Below are positions 54,770 to 64,000 of a stretch of 64,000 nt of DNA, piece after piece. Origin of the DNA: Dehalococcoidia bacterium (GTDB taxonomy: Bacteria; Chloroflexota; Dehalococcoidia; UBA2979); assembly GCA_965204835.1 (NCBI GenBank), contig OZ242017.1, positions 1,091,842 through 1,155,841 of the forward strand, given 5' to 3'. Within the stretch, counting starts at the first letter, position 1. Each line of letters opens with the position of its first letter. The notes under the pieces were generated by a model. It did not search any database, was not told the origin of the DNA, and saw only the letters and a program-made list of their open reading frames with translations. The position numbers and the translations under genes were made by a program.

Positions 54770-55567
54770 CTACATTTGGGATAGCACCTCGGCGAAGAAG
54801 GCGTCGACGCGGGCGTTGAAGAACTCTGGGAGCTCCCAGTACAGCGAGTGGCCCGCCTCCGGCACGCGCTCGATGCGCGAGCCCGCGACGTGCTGCTGCG
54901 CCGCCGCCGTCAGCTCGATCGGGATCGTGGCGTCCTCCTCGCCCGCGAGGAACAGCACGGGCACGTCGAGGTTGGCGAGGTTCGCGATGGGGATCGCGCC
55001 GTCCTCAACGGTGTAGCCCTCGGGGAGGTCGATCGGCGGGTTGAGCGCGCGCACCTGCTGGTACAGGAAGAGCCGCTCGGGGTGCTCCCGCTTGAAGCGG
55101 TCGCCCACCATGTTGGTCTGCTCGGCGGGCACGACGGCCGGGTCCAGGCGCGCGAGGCCCGACCAGTGCTCGCGCGCCCGCGCCATGAGGCCCTCGTCGC
55201 CGACGCCGAGGAAGGTGTTGGCCATGACGAGCGCCCACACGCGCTCCGGGTGCGTGCCCGCGAAGGTCATGCCCGTGAACCCGCCCATCGACTGCGCGAT
55301 GATCGCCGTCGACTCGACGCCGAGGTGGTCCAGGAGCTCCTCGAGGTCACGTGGGTACGCGCGGATGGTCTCGCCCGAGTGGTCGAGGCTCTGGCCGAAG
55401 CCGCGATGGTCGATGGTGATGCAGCGGTAGCGCTGCGAGAAGTGCGGCACCTGCTGCCACCAGCTCAGGTGGTTCCCGCCCGCGCCGTGCGCGAACACGA
55501 TCGCGCGGTCGCCGTCGCCGCGGTCCTCGTAGTAGAGCTCGCCACCGGTGACATCGAGCATGGGCAT
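54770..55567 (-). CDS. Alpha/beta hydrolase
   Basis: MPMLDVTGGELYYEDRGDGDRAIVFAHGAGGNHLSWWQQ...AQSMGG nucleophile elbow...AGHSLYWE. ATG at 55567. Confidence 0.8.
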   Translation of the reverse strand: MPMLDVTGGELYYEDRGDGDRAIVFAHGAGGNHLSWWQQVPHFSQRYRCITIDHRGFGQSLDHSGETIRAYPRDLEELLDHLGVESTAIIAQSMGGFTGMTFAGTHPERVWALVMANTFLGVGDEGLMARAREHWSGLARLDPAVVPAEQTNMVGDRFKREHPERLFLYQQVRALNPPIDLPEGYTVEDGAIPIANLANLDVPVLFLAGEEDATIPIELTAAAQQHVAGSRIERVPEAGHSLYWELPEFFNARVDAFFAEVLSQM

Positions 55568-55663
55568 CGCGGACCTCCTCGCCTCGCGTGTCGGCCCGTG
55601 CAGCGTACCGCGTGACGGGGCCCCGGCGTGGTACCGTCTCGCGAGCACCGAAGGGGGCGCACG

Positions 55664-56524
55664 ATGACGAGCGAGCCGGATACCAGCACCTGGAAGAAGA
55701 CGCCCGACGGGATCGCGATCCCGCCGCCCTCGCCCGACGACGTGCTCTACGAGGCGGCCGACGGCGTGGCGAAGATCACGCTCAACCGCCCCATCGTGCT
55801 CAACGCGATCAACAAGAACGTCACCCGCCTCCTCGACGCCGCGCTCGACCAGGCCGAGGCCGACGAGGACGTGCGCGCGGTGATCCTGACCGGCGCCGGC
55901 CGCGCCTTCTCCGCGGGCGGCGACCTCTGGTCCTCGCTCTACCCGGACGACGACCCCGCGCCCGACGCGCTGGACGTGCAGTTGCGGATCTGGTCGTTCG
56001 ACAAGCCGGTGATCGCGGCGGTGCGCGGCCACGCGGTGGGGCAGGCGTGCGAGCTGGCCGGGGTGTGCGACATGACCATCGCCGGCGAGAGCGCGCGCCT
56101 CGGCGAGATCCAGATCCGCCACGGCTTCGGCGTCCCGGTACTCATCACCCCCTTCATCACCAACCAGAAGCTGGCCAAGGAAGTGCTGCTGCTCGGCGAG
56201 GTGATCCCGGCCGAGGACGCGCTGCGCATGGGACTCGTCAACCGCGTGGTCCCGGACGACGAGCTGGACGAGGCGGCGATGGAGATGGCGCGCAAGCTGG
56301 CGGCGCTGCCGCCGGTGGCGGTGCGGCTCAACAAGCGCCTCGTGAACCTCGTGTACGAGCAGATGGGGCTGATCGACGCGGTGCGCTACCGCGACAACGA
56401 CGCGCTGATGGAGTACCTGGAGGCCGAGGACACCGTCGGCACGGCCCGCCAGCGCGTCCGCGAGGAGCAGGGCTGGGCGGCGTTCAAGCGTGAACGCGAC
56501 CAGGGCTACGAGGAGGCGAAGTAG
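55664..56524 (+). CDS. Enoyl-CoA hydratase/isomerase (crotonase) family protein
   Basis: The ATG at 55664 is preceded by GAAGGGGG. Crotonase motifs are present (ITLNRPIVLNAIN...LTGAGRAFSAGGDL...AAVRGHAVGQACELA). Confidence 0.8.
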   Translation: MTSEPDTSTWKKTPDGIAIPPPSPDDVLYEAADGVAKITLNRPIVLNAINKNVTRLLDAALDQAEADEDVRAVILTGAGRAFSAGGDLWSSLYPDDDPAPDALDVQLRIWSFDKPVIAAVRGHAVGQACELAGVCDMTIAGESARLGEIQIRHGFGVPVLITPFITNQKLAKEVLLLGEVIPAEDALRMGLVNRVVPDDELDEAAMEMARKLAALPPVAVRLNKRLVNLVYEQMGLIDAVRYRDNDALMEYLEAEDTVGTARQRVREEQGWAAFKRERDQGYEEAK

Positions 56525-56590
56525 CCCCGGGGGCGCGCGGCCGCCGCGCTGCTCGCGCGGTGGCGCGGAGCCGGGGCGCCGCTAGAATAG

Positions 56591-58123
56591 CCGCCGTACA
56601 GGCTCAGGCGCCGGCAAGGAGGCTGCCGCATCGTCACCACATACGAACCGGCGGCAGTCGACCACCCGCTGGACCCAATCTTCAACCCGCGCGGCGTCGC
56701 CGTGGTCGGCGTATCGACGCGACCAGGCCCGGATGGGCGCATGGGCGGCATCTTCCTCAACTCGCTGCTGGAGCAGGGCTACCACCACGGTCGCGCGCTC
56801 TACGCCGTGAACCCGAAGATGACCGAGGTGCGCGGCGTGCCGTGCTACCCCACGGTGCTCGACTGCCCGGATCCCATCGACCACGTCATCTCGCAGATCC
56901 CGTCCGAGGGGCTCCCGACGCTCGTCGAGCAGTGCATCGAGAAGGGTGTGCGGTCGCTCCACTCGTTCACGGCTGGCCTCGCCGAGACGGGCGACCCGGA
57001 CCTCGTCGCGCAGGAGCGCGCCATGGTGGCGCGCGCCCGCGAGGCGGGCATGCGGCTGATCGGCCCGAACTGCATGGGGCTCTACGTCCCCGGCGTCGGC
57101 CTCGGCTTCAACCCGCGTTCGCCGAACGAGCCGGGCAACGTCTTCCTGCTCTCGCAGTCCGGCGCGAACGCCGGCGGCATCATCGACGGCCTGGGGCGGC
57201 GCGGCCTGCGCTTCTCCAAGGGCGTCTCCTACGGCAACGCCGCCGACCTCAAGTCGCACGACTTCCTCGAGTACGCGATGGAGGACCCCCAGACGGAACT
57301 CGTCGTCGCCTACATCGAGGGGCCGCGCGACGGGCGGGCGTTCTTCGAGGCGCTGAAGAGGCTCGCCCGCGTCAAGCCGACCATCGTGCTCAAGGGCGGC
57401 ATCACCGACGACGGCGCGCGCGCGGCGAACTCGCACACCGGCTCGCTCGCCGGCTCCATCGACGTCTTCGACGCGCTGTGCCGGCAGGCCGGGGCGATGC
57501 GTGTGCGCACGCTCGAGGACCTGCTCGACCTCGCGGTGGCGATGACCACGGACATGCGCTACCTCGGCGGCAACAAGGTCACGCTCGTGGGCGCCGGCGG
57601 CGGCTTCGCGGTGCTCTCCACCGACCAGATGGCGATGGAGGGCCTCGAGGTACCGTGGCTGCCCGAGGCGACCCAGGAGCAGCTACGCGAGATCATCCCC
57701 ATCGCGGGCACCAGCATCCGCAACCCCGTCGACGCCAACTTCGGGCGCGACCACCCGATGGACTTCAGCAGCGACACCGGCCTCACCCGGCGCGTGTTCC
57801 AGTCGATTGCCTCCGCGCACTCGACCGACCTCGTGCTGACCACGGTCGGCACGCGCTGGTACCCCGGCCAGGACCACTCGGACGAGGCGCGGCAGCAGCA
57901 GCTGTCGCTGACCGCCGAGGAGCTCTCGATCATCTCGCGCGAGCACGGCGTGCCGATGGCGCTGATCCTGCGCGAGGCGCGGCTGGAGGACGCGGGCGAC
58001 TTCGTCCACGACCACGGCGTGGCTTCGTTCCCGTCGATCGAGCGCGCCGCGCGGGCGGCCGCGACGATCCTCGAGTGGCGCCGCCGGCGCGAGGGCCTGC
58101 CGGACTTCTTCACGGACAACTAG
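56591..58123 (+). CDS. Acyl-CoA synthetase (NDP-forming) / CoA-binding domain protein; start codon unresolved
   Basis: The conserved N-terminal motif LDPIFNPRGVAVVGVS lies upstream of the first canonical start (GTG 56702), and the frame is open from 56591. Succinyl-CoA-synthetase-like CoA-binding and ligase-CoA domains follow (LIGPNCMGLYVPGVGL...GGITDDGARAANSHTGSLAGS). GGAGG at 56617-56621 is followed by ATC at 56630 in frame. Confidence 0.65.
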   Translation, partial: PPYRLRRRQGGCRIVTTYEPAAVDHPLDPIFNPRGVAVVGVSTRPGPDGRMGGIFLNSLLEQGYHHGRALYAVNPKMTEVRGVPCYPTVLDCPDPIDHVISQIPSEGLPTLVEQCIEKGVRSLHSFTAGLAETGDPDLVAQERAMVARAREAGMRLIGPNCMGLYVPGVGLGFNPRSPNEPGNVFLLSQSGANAGGIIDGLGRRGLRFSKGVSYGNAADLKSHDFLEYAMEDPQTELVVAYIEGPRDGRAFFEALKRLARVKPTIVLKGGITDDGARAANSHTGSLAGSIDVFDALCRQAGAMRVRTLEDLLDLAVAMTTDMRYLGGNKVTLVGAGGGFAVLSTDQMAMEGLEVPWLPEATQEQLREIIPIAGTSIRNPVDANFGRDHPMDFSSDTGLTRRVFQSIASAHSTDLVLTTVGTRWYPGQDHSDEARQQQLSLTAEELSIISREHGVPMALILREARLEDAGDFVHDHGVASFPSIERAARAAATILEWRRRREGLPDFFTDN

Positions 58124-58242
58124 CGGCGGCGGGGGATCGGTCGCACGGACTGCGTCGGGCTCCCGGCCCGGCGCGTGGCCGGGCGCGCGTTGTGAGAGCA
58201 TAGATAGCCGCCACGCCGCAGACCCGCTGCACACGGGGGAAC

Positions 58243-59700
58243 ATGGCTCGCACGCCCGCAGGCACCACGCCCCCGACCGCCCCCGGTGAGCGCCTCTGCC
58301 CGCGCTGCGGGCGCACCGTGCTGGAGACCAGCATTCGGTGCCGCTTCTGCATGGCCGACCTGCGCGACACCAGGCTCGGTCCCCGCAGCAGGAGGGCGCG
58401 GCCCGAGCGCCGGCGCTGGATCCCGAGGATCCGTCACCGCTGGTCGCGCCGTCGTGGCTTCGCCGTCATCTTCCTGGCGATCGTGCTCTTCTACGGCGGG
58501 CGCTGGGCCTGGGTGCACCACATCTCGACGGCCCAGCCGCTCCCCGTGGGGGTGTCGGCCGCCATCAGCCTCGAAGCGACACCGTCCACCTCGTGGCCGA
58601 CGCCCAACGGCGGCCTCTCCCAGGACCGCACGACCACCGCGCGCGCCGCCCTCGACGGCGAGGTGGCGTGGCAGGTCGGCCTGCCGGAGCAGGTGACGCG
58701 CGATCCCGTCGCCGACGAGGAGCGCATCTACGTCATGTACCGCGACAGCTTCGCGGCGTACTCGCTCGACGACGGCAGCGAGGTATGGCACTTCACGCGG
58801 CCCGGCCTGCTCAGCAGCCCGGCGGTCGTCGGCGACCGGCTGTACCTCTCGCTGCGCAGCGGCCGCGTGCTGGGCATCGACGCCGCGTCGGGCGAGATCG
58901 AGTGGACGACGATCCTCGACGAGGAGCTGTTCACCACACCCATCGCGTTCGAGGGCGTGCTCTACGTCTACGCCCCCGGGCGGCTGTACGGCCTGGATGC
59001 CGAGAACGGCGACGAGCTCTGGACCCGGGACGTCGAGGGTAACTGGGGCGAGTCCTCGCCCGTGGTGAGCGAGGACCGCGTCGCGGTCGCGGCGCGCAAG
59101 GCCGTGGTCGTGCTGGACCGCGAGACCGGCGTGCGCACGTTCCGCCACCCGCACACCTCGATCGCCGGGCTGGTGTTCGGCCGGGACTACATCTACAGCA
59201 TCTCGCCGGCGTTCGCGGCGGGGATCGACCCGGCGTCGACGCTGCCGTGGTGGGAGGGCACGAGGCTCTACTGGAACTGGCTCTGGGCGTTCGGGGCCGC
59301 GCCAGAGCCGCCGCGGCCCGAGATCGAGTGGGTGTCCCGCGAGCGCCCGAGCGACCTGCGCTCGGGCACCGCGTTCTCGCTGATGTTCAAGCCGGCGTTC
59401 GACGGCGAGCGCATCATCACCTCGGACACCACGGGCCTGGTCCGGGCGTTCGACGGGACGACCGGTGCGCTGGCGTGGGAGCGCAAGCTCGACGCGGTAC
59501 ACGGCCCGGCGACCGTGACGCCGGACGGGTTGGTGGTACCCGTCTCCGACGCGATGCTCCTGCTGGACGCCGACACCGGCGAGGTGGTGGATGAGCGGCC
59601 ACTCGACACGATCCGGACGCGCGTGAAGCGCTGGGTCGTGGTGCTGGAGCGGGGCACGTTCGTGGTCGACGAGCCCGGCGCCCTGCTGGGCCTCCGGTAG
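58243..59700 (+). CDS. Membrane protein with an N-terminal zinc ribbon, one TM helix and a PQQ-like beta-propeller (BamB-like repeats)
   Basis: CPRCG...CRFC zinc ribbon, TM (GFAVIFLAIVLFYGG), then repeated ...G.LY..D..TG...W motifs (RLYLSLRSGRVLGIDAASGEIEWT, RLYGLDAENGDELWT, LVRAFDGTTGALAWE). Confidence 0.6.
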   Translation: MARTPAGTTPPTAPGERLCPRCGRTVLETSIRCRFCMADLRDTRLGPRSRRARPERRRWIPRIRHRWSRRRGFAVIFLAIVLFYGGRWAWVHHISTAQPLPVGVSAAISLEATPSTSWPTPNGGLSQDRTTTARAALDGEVAWQVGLPEQVTRDPVADEERIYVMYRDSFAAYSLDDGSEVWHFTRPGLLSSPAVVGDRLYLSLRSGRVLGIDAASGEIEWTTILDEELFTTPIAFEGVLYVYAPGRLYGLDAENGDELWTRDVEGNWGESSPVVSEDRVAVAARKAVVVLDRETGVRTFRHPHTSIAGLVFGRDYIYSISPAFAAGIDPASTLPWWEGTRLYWNWLWAFGAAPEPPRPEIEWVSRERPSDLRSGTAFSLMFKPAFDGERIITSDTTGLVRAFDGTTGALAWERKLDAVHGPATVTPDGLVVPVSDAMLLLDADTGEVVDERPLDTIRTRVKRWVVVLERGTFVVDEPGALLGLR

Positions 59701-59730
59701 CGGCGTGCAGCCGGACGAGGCGGAGCAGGC

Positions 59731-60993
59731 GTGACGACCTCGACACAGCAGGTGCAGGCCCCGCGCTACCGCTTCGTGGTCGAGGGCGCCCTGCTGTGGA
59801 TCCAGATCGCGATGGGGCTGAGCTTCATCGCCGTCGCGCCGCTGTTCCCGCTCATCATCGACGACTACGGCATCGACAACGCCACGGCCAGCCTCCTCGT
59901 CGGCGGCACCGCGCTGGCGTTCGCGGTCTCGACGATCCCGGGCGGCCTGATCGCGGCGCGCTTCGGGTGGTGGCGCGCGACGTTCTTCGGCGGGCTGCTG
60001 ATGTCGGCGATGGTGCTGTCGCCGCTGGCGTCGAGCTTCACGATCCTGCTCGGGCTGCGGCTCCTGTTCGCCGCCGGGGGCGCGACCGTGATGGGCGCGC
60101 TGCCCTCTGCGGTCATGAGCTGGTTCCCGTTGCGCGAGTTGCCCGTGGTCAATGGGACGAACATCGTCGGGCAAAGCATCGGCGTCACCGTCTCCGTGTT
60201 CATCGTGGCCGGCCTCGCCGGCCTCGTCGGATGGCGCGAGTCGCTCATGCTCTTCGGGCTCGTCTCGCTCGCCGGGGTGGGGGTCTTCGTGTTCCTCGCG
60301 CGCACGCCTGACGTTCCCGTGGGCGCGCCGATCAGCCCGGCGTTCTCACCCACGCTGCTCCTGTCCGTCCTGCGCGACCCGCCCACGCTGCTGCTCGGCT
60401 TCGGCATCGCGGGCGGCGTGGCCGCGTTCATCGGCCTCAACTCGTGGCTCCCGACGTACTACCAGCAGGAGTGGGGATGGTCGCTGGAGCGCGCCGGGCA
60501 GGTGGTGGCGATCCCGTCGTTCTTCGGCATCGTCGGGTCGCTGGCCGGGTCGGCGGTACCCGTCGGGATCGGGTTGCGGCGGCCGCTGATCATCGCCGCC
60601 GGCGTCGTCATGCCGGTCGCGGTGTTCGGGAGCTTCATCTCGGAGTCGCCGCTGGTGCTGTTCCCGAGCCTCGCGCTGCTCGGCTTCGTGAGCTGGATCC
60701 ACTTCCCGTCGGTGATGACCATGCCGATGGAGTTCCCGGGCAACACGCTCGAGCGCGCGACGCTGTCGTTCGCCACCGTGATGACCATCGGCAACGTCAG
60801 CGGCTTCTTCTCGCCGCTGATGGTCGGGTTCCTGCGCGATCAGACCGGGAGCTTCGGGCTCGGCTTCCTGATCTGTGTCTTCTTCCCGCTCAGCCTCGTC
60901 ATCGCGGGCCTGCTCGTGCCCGAGACCGGGCCCCGCGCGCGCAGGCGGCCGGTCCAGGCCACCGAGGCCGCCGAGTCCGTCGAGGTCTCGTAG
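59731..60993 (+). CDS. MFS transporter
   Basis: 12-TM MFS, 420 aa (GGLIAARFGWWRATFFGGLLMSAMVL...). Confidence 0.75.
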   Translation: MTTSTQQVQAPRYRFVVEGALLWIQIAMGLSFIAVAPLFPLIIDDYGIDNATASLLVGGTALAFAVSTIPGGLIAARFGWWRATFFGGLLMSAMVLSPLASSFTILLGLRLLFAAGGATVMGALPSAVMSWFPLRELPVVNGTNIVGQSIGVTVSVFIVAGLAGLVGWRESLMLFGLVSLAGVGVFVFLARTPDVPVGAPISPAFSPTLLLSVLRDPPTLLLGFGIAGGVAAFIGLNSWLPTYYQQEWGWSLERAGQVVAIPSFFGIVGSLAGSAVPVGIGLRRPLIIAAGVVMPVAVFGSFISESPLVLFPSLALLGFVSWIHFPSVMTMPMEFPGNTLERATLSFATVMTIGNVSGFFSPLMVGFLRDQTGSFGLGFLICVFFPLSLVIAGLLVPETGPRARRRPVQATEAAESVEVS

Positions 60994-60999
60994 CGACGC

Positions 61000-61947
61000 C
61001 TACAGCACCGCGATCGGGTTGACCGGCGAGCCGGTCCCGCCGTGGACGCGCAGCGGCGCGACCATCAGCAGGAACTCGTACCGGCCCGCCTCGGCGCACG
61101 CGTCCGCGAGGTCGTCGAGGTTCGCGTTGTCGAGCAGCGGCATCCCCATCCACGGGATCACGATCTCGTGGATCGGCACGCCGACCGTGTCGCCGTCCGG
61201 CCTCGGCAGGCCGTGGCCCAGCCCCTGCTGCCCGGCGTCGAGGAGGTCCCAGACGAGCACGGCGGCGTCGTGCATGTAGAGGAACTCGATGGCCGAGCCG
61301 TGCACGCCCGGCATCTCGTTGAACATGCCCATCTCGAAGTCCGGCCGCGAGGCGTAGAACGCGTTCGCGCCCGAGCGCACGACCACGGCGTCGCCGGGCC
61401 GTGGCTCGACGCCCTGCGCCGCGGCGATGTCCTCGAGCTCCCAGCCGTGGACGGGCGCGTCGATGGTGACGAAATCCGCGCCGCGATGGCGCGGCACGTC
61501 GTAGAGCACGCCGCGCGTGACGATGCCGTCGTGGTACGGCTCGACGGAGCCGCTGCCGGCGCCGTCGAGGGTGACGTCGGAGCCCGGGCGGCCGTTGTAG
61601 AGCTCGCCGCCGGGGCCGGTGAAGATGTGGCACAGCGCGTCCAGGTGCGTGACGGTCCAGCCGTGGAAGTTGATGCTGATGCGGTCGCCGGAGCTGTTCG
61701 GCCCCACGCGCATCTCCTGCTCGAAGCCCGACACCATGCTCGACCGCGGATCCTTGCTGATGACGAGCGAGAGCGAGACGGTGCGGCCCTGCTGCGGAAG
61801 CGTGAGGGCGTGGCGGCGCACCTCGGGCGTGATGTGGTTGAGGGTGCCGAGGTGGTCGTCGGGTCCCCAGCGGCCCCAGTTGCTGAAGCGCTCGCGGTAG
61901 GTCTCGTACTCCTCGGGGGTGGGAGGGGTGCGGTCGGCCAGGCTCAT
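61000..61947 (-). CDS. Cyclase family protein (kynurenine formamidase-like metal-dependent hydrolase)
   Basis: WGPDDHLGTLN...HLDALCHIF...D resembles the putative cyclase (PF04199) HxGTHxDxPxH-type motif region. Confidence 0.65.
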   Translation of the reverse strand: MSLADRTPPTPEEYETYRERFSNWGRWGPDDHLGTLNHITPEVRRHALTLPQQGRTVSLSLVISKDPRSSMVSGFEQEMRVGPNSSGDRISINFHGWTVTHLDALCHIFTGPGGELYNGRPGSDVTLDGAGSGSVEPYHDGIVTRGVLYDVPRHRGADFVTIDAPVHGWELEDIAAAQGVEPRPGDAVVVRSGANAFYASRPDFEMGMFNEMPGVHGSAIEFLYMHDAAVLVWDLLDAGQQGLGHGLPRPDGDTVGVPIHEIVIPWMGMPLLDNANLDDLADACAEAGRYEFLLMVAPLRVHGGTGSPVNPIAVL

Positions 61948-61992
61948 CGCGTGCTCCTCTGCGCTGCGGCCGCTCTCGGCGCGGGGACGGTA

Positions 61993-62868
61993 TCACGACC
62001 GCTTGGCGTTGGACTTCTTGAGTTGGTCGAGGAACAGGAGTTGGCCTGCATAGCCCGCGTGCTCCCCGAACTGCGTCTGCGCCCGCGCGCGCAACCCCGC
62101 GTGTGCGCCGCTTCCACGGTAGCGCTGCCCATAGAGTTCGCTCATTCGGCTGCCGATGTGCCGGTCGATGGGGAAGACTCCAGGCCGATCGAGCCCGAAC
62201 AGGCAGACGCAGTCTGCGATCTTGTCCCCGATCCCGTCGTAGCTCATCAGCACGCCCCGAGCTTGGGCGTCCGGCATCCGGGCGAGCGCATTCAGGTCCA
62301 GGCGGCCGTCTGCGATATCAGAGGCGACCGCGTGAATGCGGTGTCCACGATCGAACCCGCGCGCCACCTCCATGAGCGCGTTGCCTCCGAATGAGACGAG
62401 GCGCCGCGGTGTGGGGAACGCTCGGCCCGGCACCCCGCCGAGCGTGCGCAGGCTCCCGTAGGTCTTTGCCAGCCCGTTCACGATCTTCGCGATGCCCTCA
62501 ACTTCGTTCTGCTGCGAGCAGATGTAGGCGGCGAGGCACTCCCACAGATCTTGGCGCAGAATGCGCATCCCCCCGTACTTCTTGATCAGGGAGTCCATCG
62601 TGCCAGTCGAGTCGCTTTGCCTGAGACCCCCGTGGACCTTCGAGATGTCCTGATCCAGACGGAAGTAGTGGGTGACGTGCGGCTCCAGCGCCTCGTCGGA
62701 GGCGTCGCTCTCGAACTCGATGCCGTCCTGAGCGTTGCGAACCCTGATGAGGCTGTCGTGGACGATGCCGTAGTACCAGCCGTCCTTATTCGGCTCGGTC
62801 CACCGGAACGCCTGCGCCTGGAGCCAGTCGAGTTCGAGTTCGAACGGCTGGATAGCAGGCAGGAACAA
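61993..62868 (-). CDS. 8-oxoguanine DNA glycosylase / N-glycosylase-DNA lyase (Ogg-type HhH-GPD)
   Basis: HhH-GPD region (GVLMSYDGIGDKIADCVCLFGLDRPGVFPIDRHI) with a catalytic Lys/Asp arrangement typical of Ogg. The gene is about 62% GC against about 72% in its neighbours. Confidence 0.65.
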   Translation of the reverse strand: MFLPAIQPFELELDWLQAQAFRWTEPNKDGWYYGIVHDSLIRVRNAQDGIEFESDASDEALEPHVTHYFRLDQDISKVHGGLRQSDSTGTMDSLIKKYGGMRILRQDLWECLAAYICSQQNEVEGIAKIVNGLAKTYGSLRTLGGVPGRAFPTPRRLVSFGGNALMEVARGFDRGHRIHAVASDIADGRLDLNALARMPDAQARGVLMSYDGIGDKIADCVCLFGLDRPGVFPIDRHIGSRMSELYGQRYRGSGAHAGLRARAQTQFGEHAGYAGQLLFLDQLKKSNAKRS

Positions 62869-62884
62869 ATCGAGCCTCCGAGGG

Positions 62885-63688
62885 CTACTGGGCAGCAGGG
62901 GCGTTGTCGGCGATGAAGCGGGTCAGCGCCTCCATGTAGGGGACCTGGCCCACCCACAGGATCGTGTTGTGGTCCCCGTACGGGATCACGACGATCTCGC
63001 GCGACGTGCCCTCCAGCAGGTTGTAGAGCTCCGCCGCCGTCTGCATCGGCACCAGCTGGTCGACCTCGCCGTGGATCTGCATCGTCGGCAGGCGGATCGA
63101 GCGGATCTTCGCCTCGTGCGCCTCGATGAGCTCGAGGGCCGTCCCGTGCTCGGCGACGCCGAAGCGCTCGAGCATCCCGCGCACGCCCGCCGCGCCGCTC
63201 TCGATCACCACGCCCCGGAAGCCCTCGGCCGCGTTCGCCGCGATCTCGAGGGCGGGCGAGGCGCCCATGCTGCGGCCCATGACGTAGCGCCGCGCGTCGT
63301 AGCCCAGCTCGTCGAGCGTGGCGTGGAAGAACGCCGCGACCGGACGGGCGTCGGTGACGAGGTGCTCCATCGAGGAGGCGCCGCCGCTCTTCCCGTACCC
63401 CCGGAACTCCGCGACGAAGAGGTTGATGCCGTGGTCGTAGTAGAGGCTGACGAACTGGTCGTGGTCGCCGACGATCTCGCCGTTGCCGTGGAAGTAGAGG
63501 ATCGAGGGGTGGTCGGGCCCCGGCTGGTGGTAGAACCGAGCACCGACCGAGACGCCCGGGTCGACCTCGACCAGGTAGTCGGTCGCGCCCTCCGGCGGGC
63601 GGGTGTGGTCGGGGCGGGGGAAGAACGCCATCGAGGCCGCGCCGAGGCGGTCGAGCAGCGCGTAGTCGGGTTCGTTCGCGTCGGGCAT
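62885..63688 (-). CDS. Alpha/beta hydrolase
   Basis: HGNGE...GRSMGAS nucleophile elbow...HGEVDQLVP...DH. Confidence 0.7.
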   Translation of the reverse strand: MPDANEPDYALLDRLGAASMAFFPRPDHTRPPEGATDYLVEVDPGVSVGARFYHQPGPDHPSILYFHGNGEIVGDHDQFVSLYYDHGINLFVAEFRGYGKSGGASSMEHLVTDARPVAAFFHATLDELGYDARRYVMGRSMGASPALEIAANAAEGFRGVVIESGAAGVRGMLERFGVAEHGTALELIEAHEAKIRSIRLPTMQIHGEVDQLVPMQTAAELYNLLEGTSREIVVIPYGDHNTILWVGQVPYMEALTRFIADNAPAAQ

Positions 63689-63760
63689 CGGCGTCTCCTC
63701 ACGCGGTGGTGGCGATGATACGCGAGGGGCGGCCCCGCAGCGGGCCGGGCGGTCAGCGGG

Positions 63761-64000
63761 CTACCAGGGCTCGTCCATCTGCGCGAAGCCGCTGTGGCTC
63801 GCCTGCGCGGCGACGATCGGCCGGCGGTAGGGGCGGGTCTGGCCCGTCGCGCGGCCGACGAGCAGCCAGAACATCCCCACGACCGCGAGGCCGCCCGAGG
63901 CCCAGTACACCATCGGCACGTCGAACCAGCTCGCCACGACGCCGAGCACCACGCCGCCGGCGAGCCCGCTGATGTCCCACGCGAGCTGCAGCACGGCCGT
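63761..64000 (-). CDS. Hypothetical membrane protein; 5' part lies outside the window
   Basis: The visible C-terminal part has two predicted TM helices (GGVVLGVVASWF...GGLAVVGMFWLLVG). It reads into the window from beyond 64000 on the minus strand. Confidence 0.4.
   Translation of the reverse strand, partial: TAVLQLAWDISGLAGGVVLGVVASWFDVPMVYWASGGLAVVGMFWLLVGRATGQTRPYRRPIVAAQASHSGFAQMDEPW

Noticed and set aside
56560-58203. 547-aa ORF in another frame overlapping the acyl-CoA synthetase gene.
   Set aside because: Arg/Pro/Gly-rich nonsense. The overlapping frame has strong CoA-binding and ligase-CoA domain homology.
1-64000. Search for tRNA, rRNA and CRISPR arrays.
   Set aside because: No T-arm-like GGTTCGAATCC-type motifs with acceptor-stem pairing, no rRNA-like conserved blocks, and no regularly spaced direct repeats were seen in intergenic regions. 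I cannot exclude a tRNA without running tRNAscan.

Overview
This 64 kb window is about 70% GC and looks like a chromosomal region from an Actinomycetota-like genome. It carries UPF0182, an LprG/LppX-like lipoprotein, an F420-type PPOX enzyme and a yggS-proC-yggT cluster. I call about 64 protein-coding genes and find no rRNA, tRNA or CRISPR array. The housekeeping core is a scrambled arginine cluster (argJ-argB ... argD ... argG ... argH-rpe), fakA-fakB-recG with divergent rpmB, amtB-glnK, and several DNA-repair genes (AlkD-like, Nth-like, Ogg-like). Accessory content includes three family III CoA-transferases with an MBL hydrolase, three tandem acyl-CoA dehydrogenase paralogs that each carry their own promoter-like motif and terminator hairpin, a VapBC module sitting inside the arg cluster, and a low-GC single-gene GIY-YIG island. 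The most important item the ORF track misses is selD encoded as a selenoprotein, with an in-frame UGA at 37342-37344 aligning with Cys17 of E. coli SelD. selD is translationally coupled to an LprG-like lipoprotein and an MFS pump. The best candidate for a previously undescribed system is gene 49652-52093. It encodes a cytoplasmic LuxR-type HTH, one transmembrane helix, and an extracytoplasmic HExxH/gluzincin (Peptidase_MA_2-like) domain followed by three CarboxypepD_reg-like beta-sandwich repeats. This looks like a one-component membrane-bound transcription factor with a protease-like sensor or effector, and its extracellular part has clearly lower GC than its N-terminus. All coordinates come from manual reading; starts are often GTG or TTG and several are uncertain.
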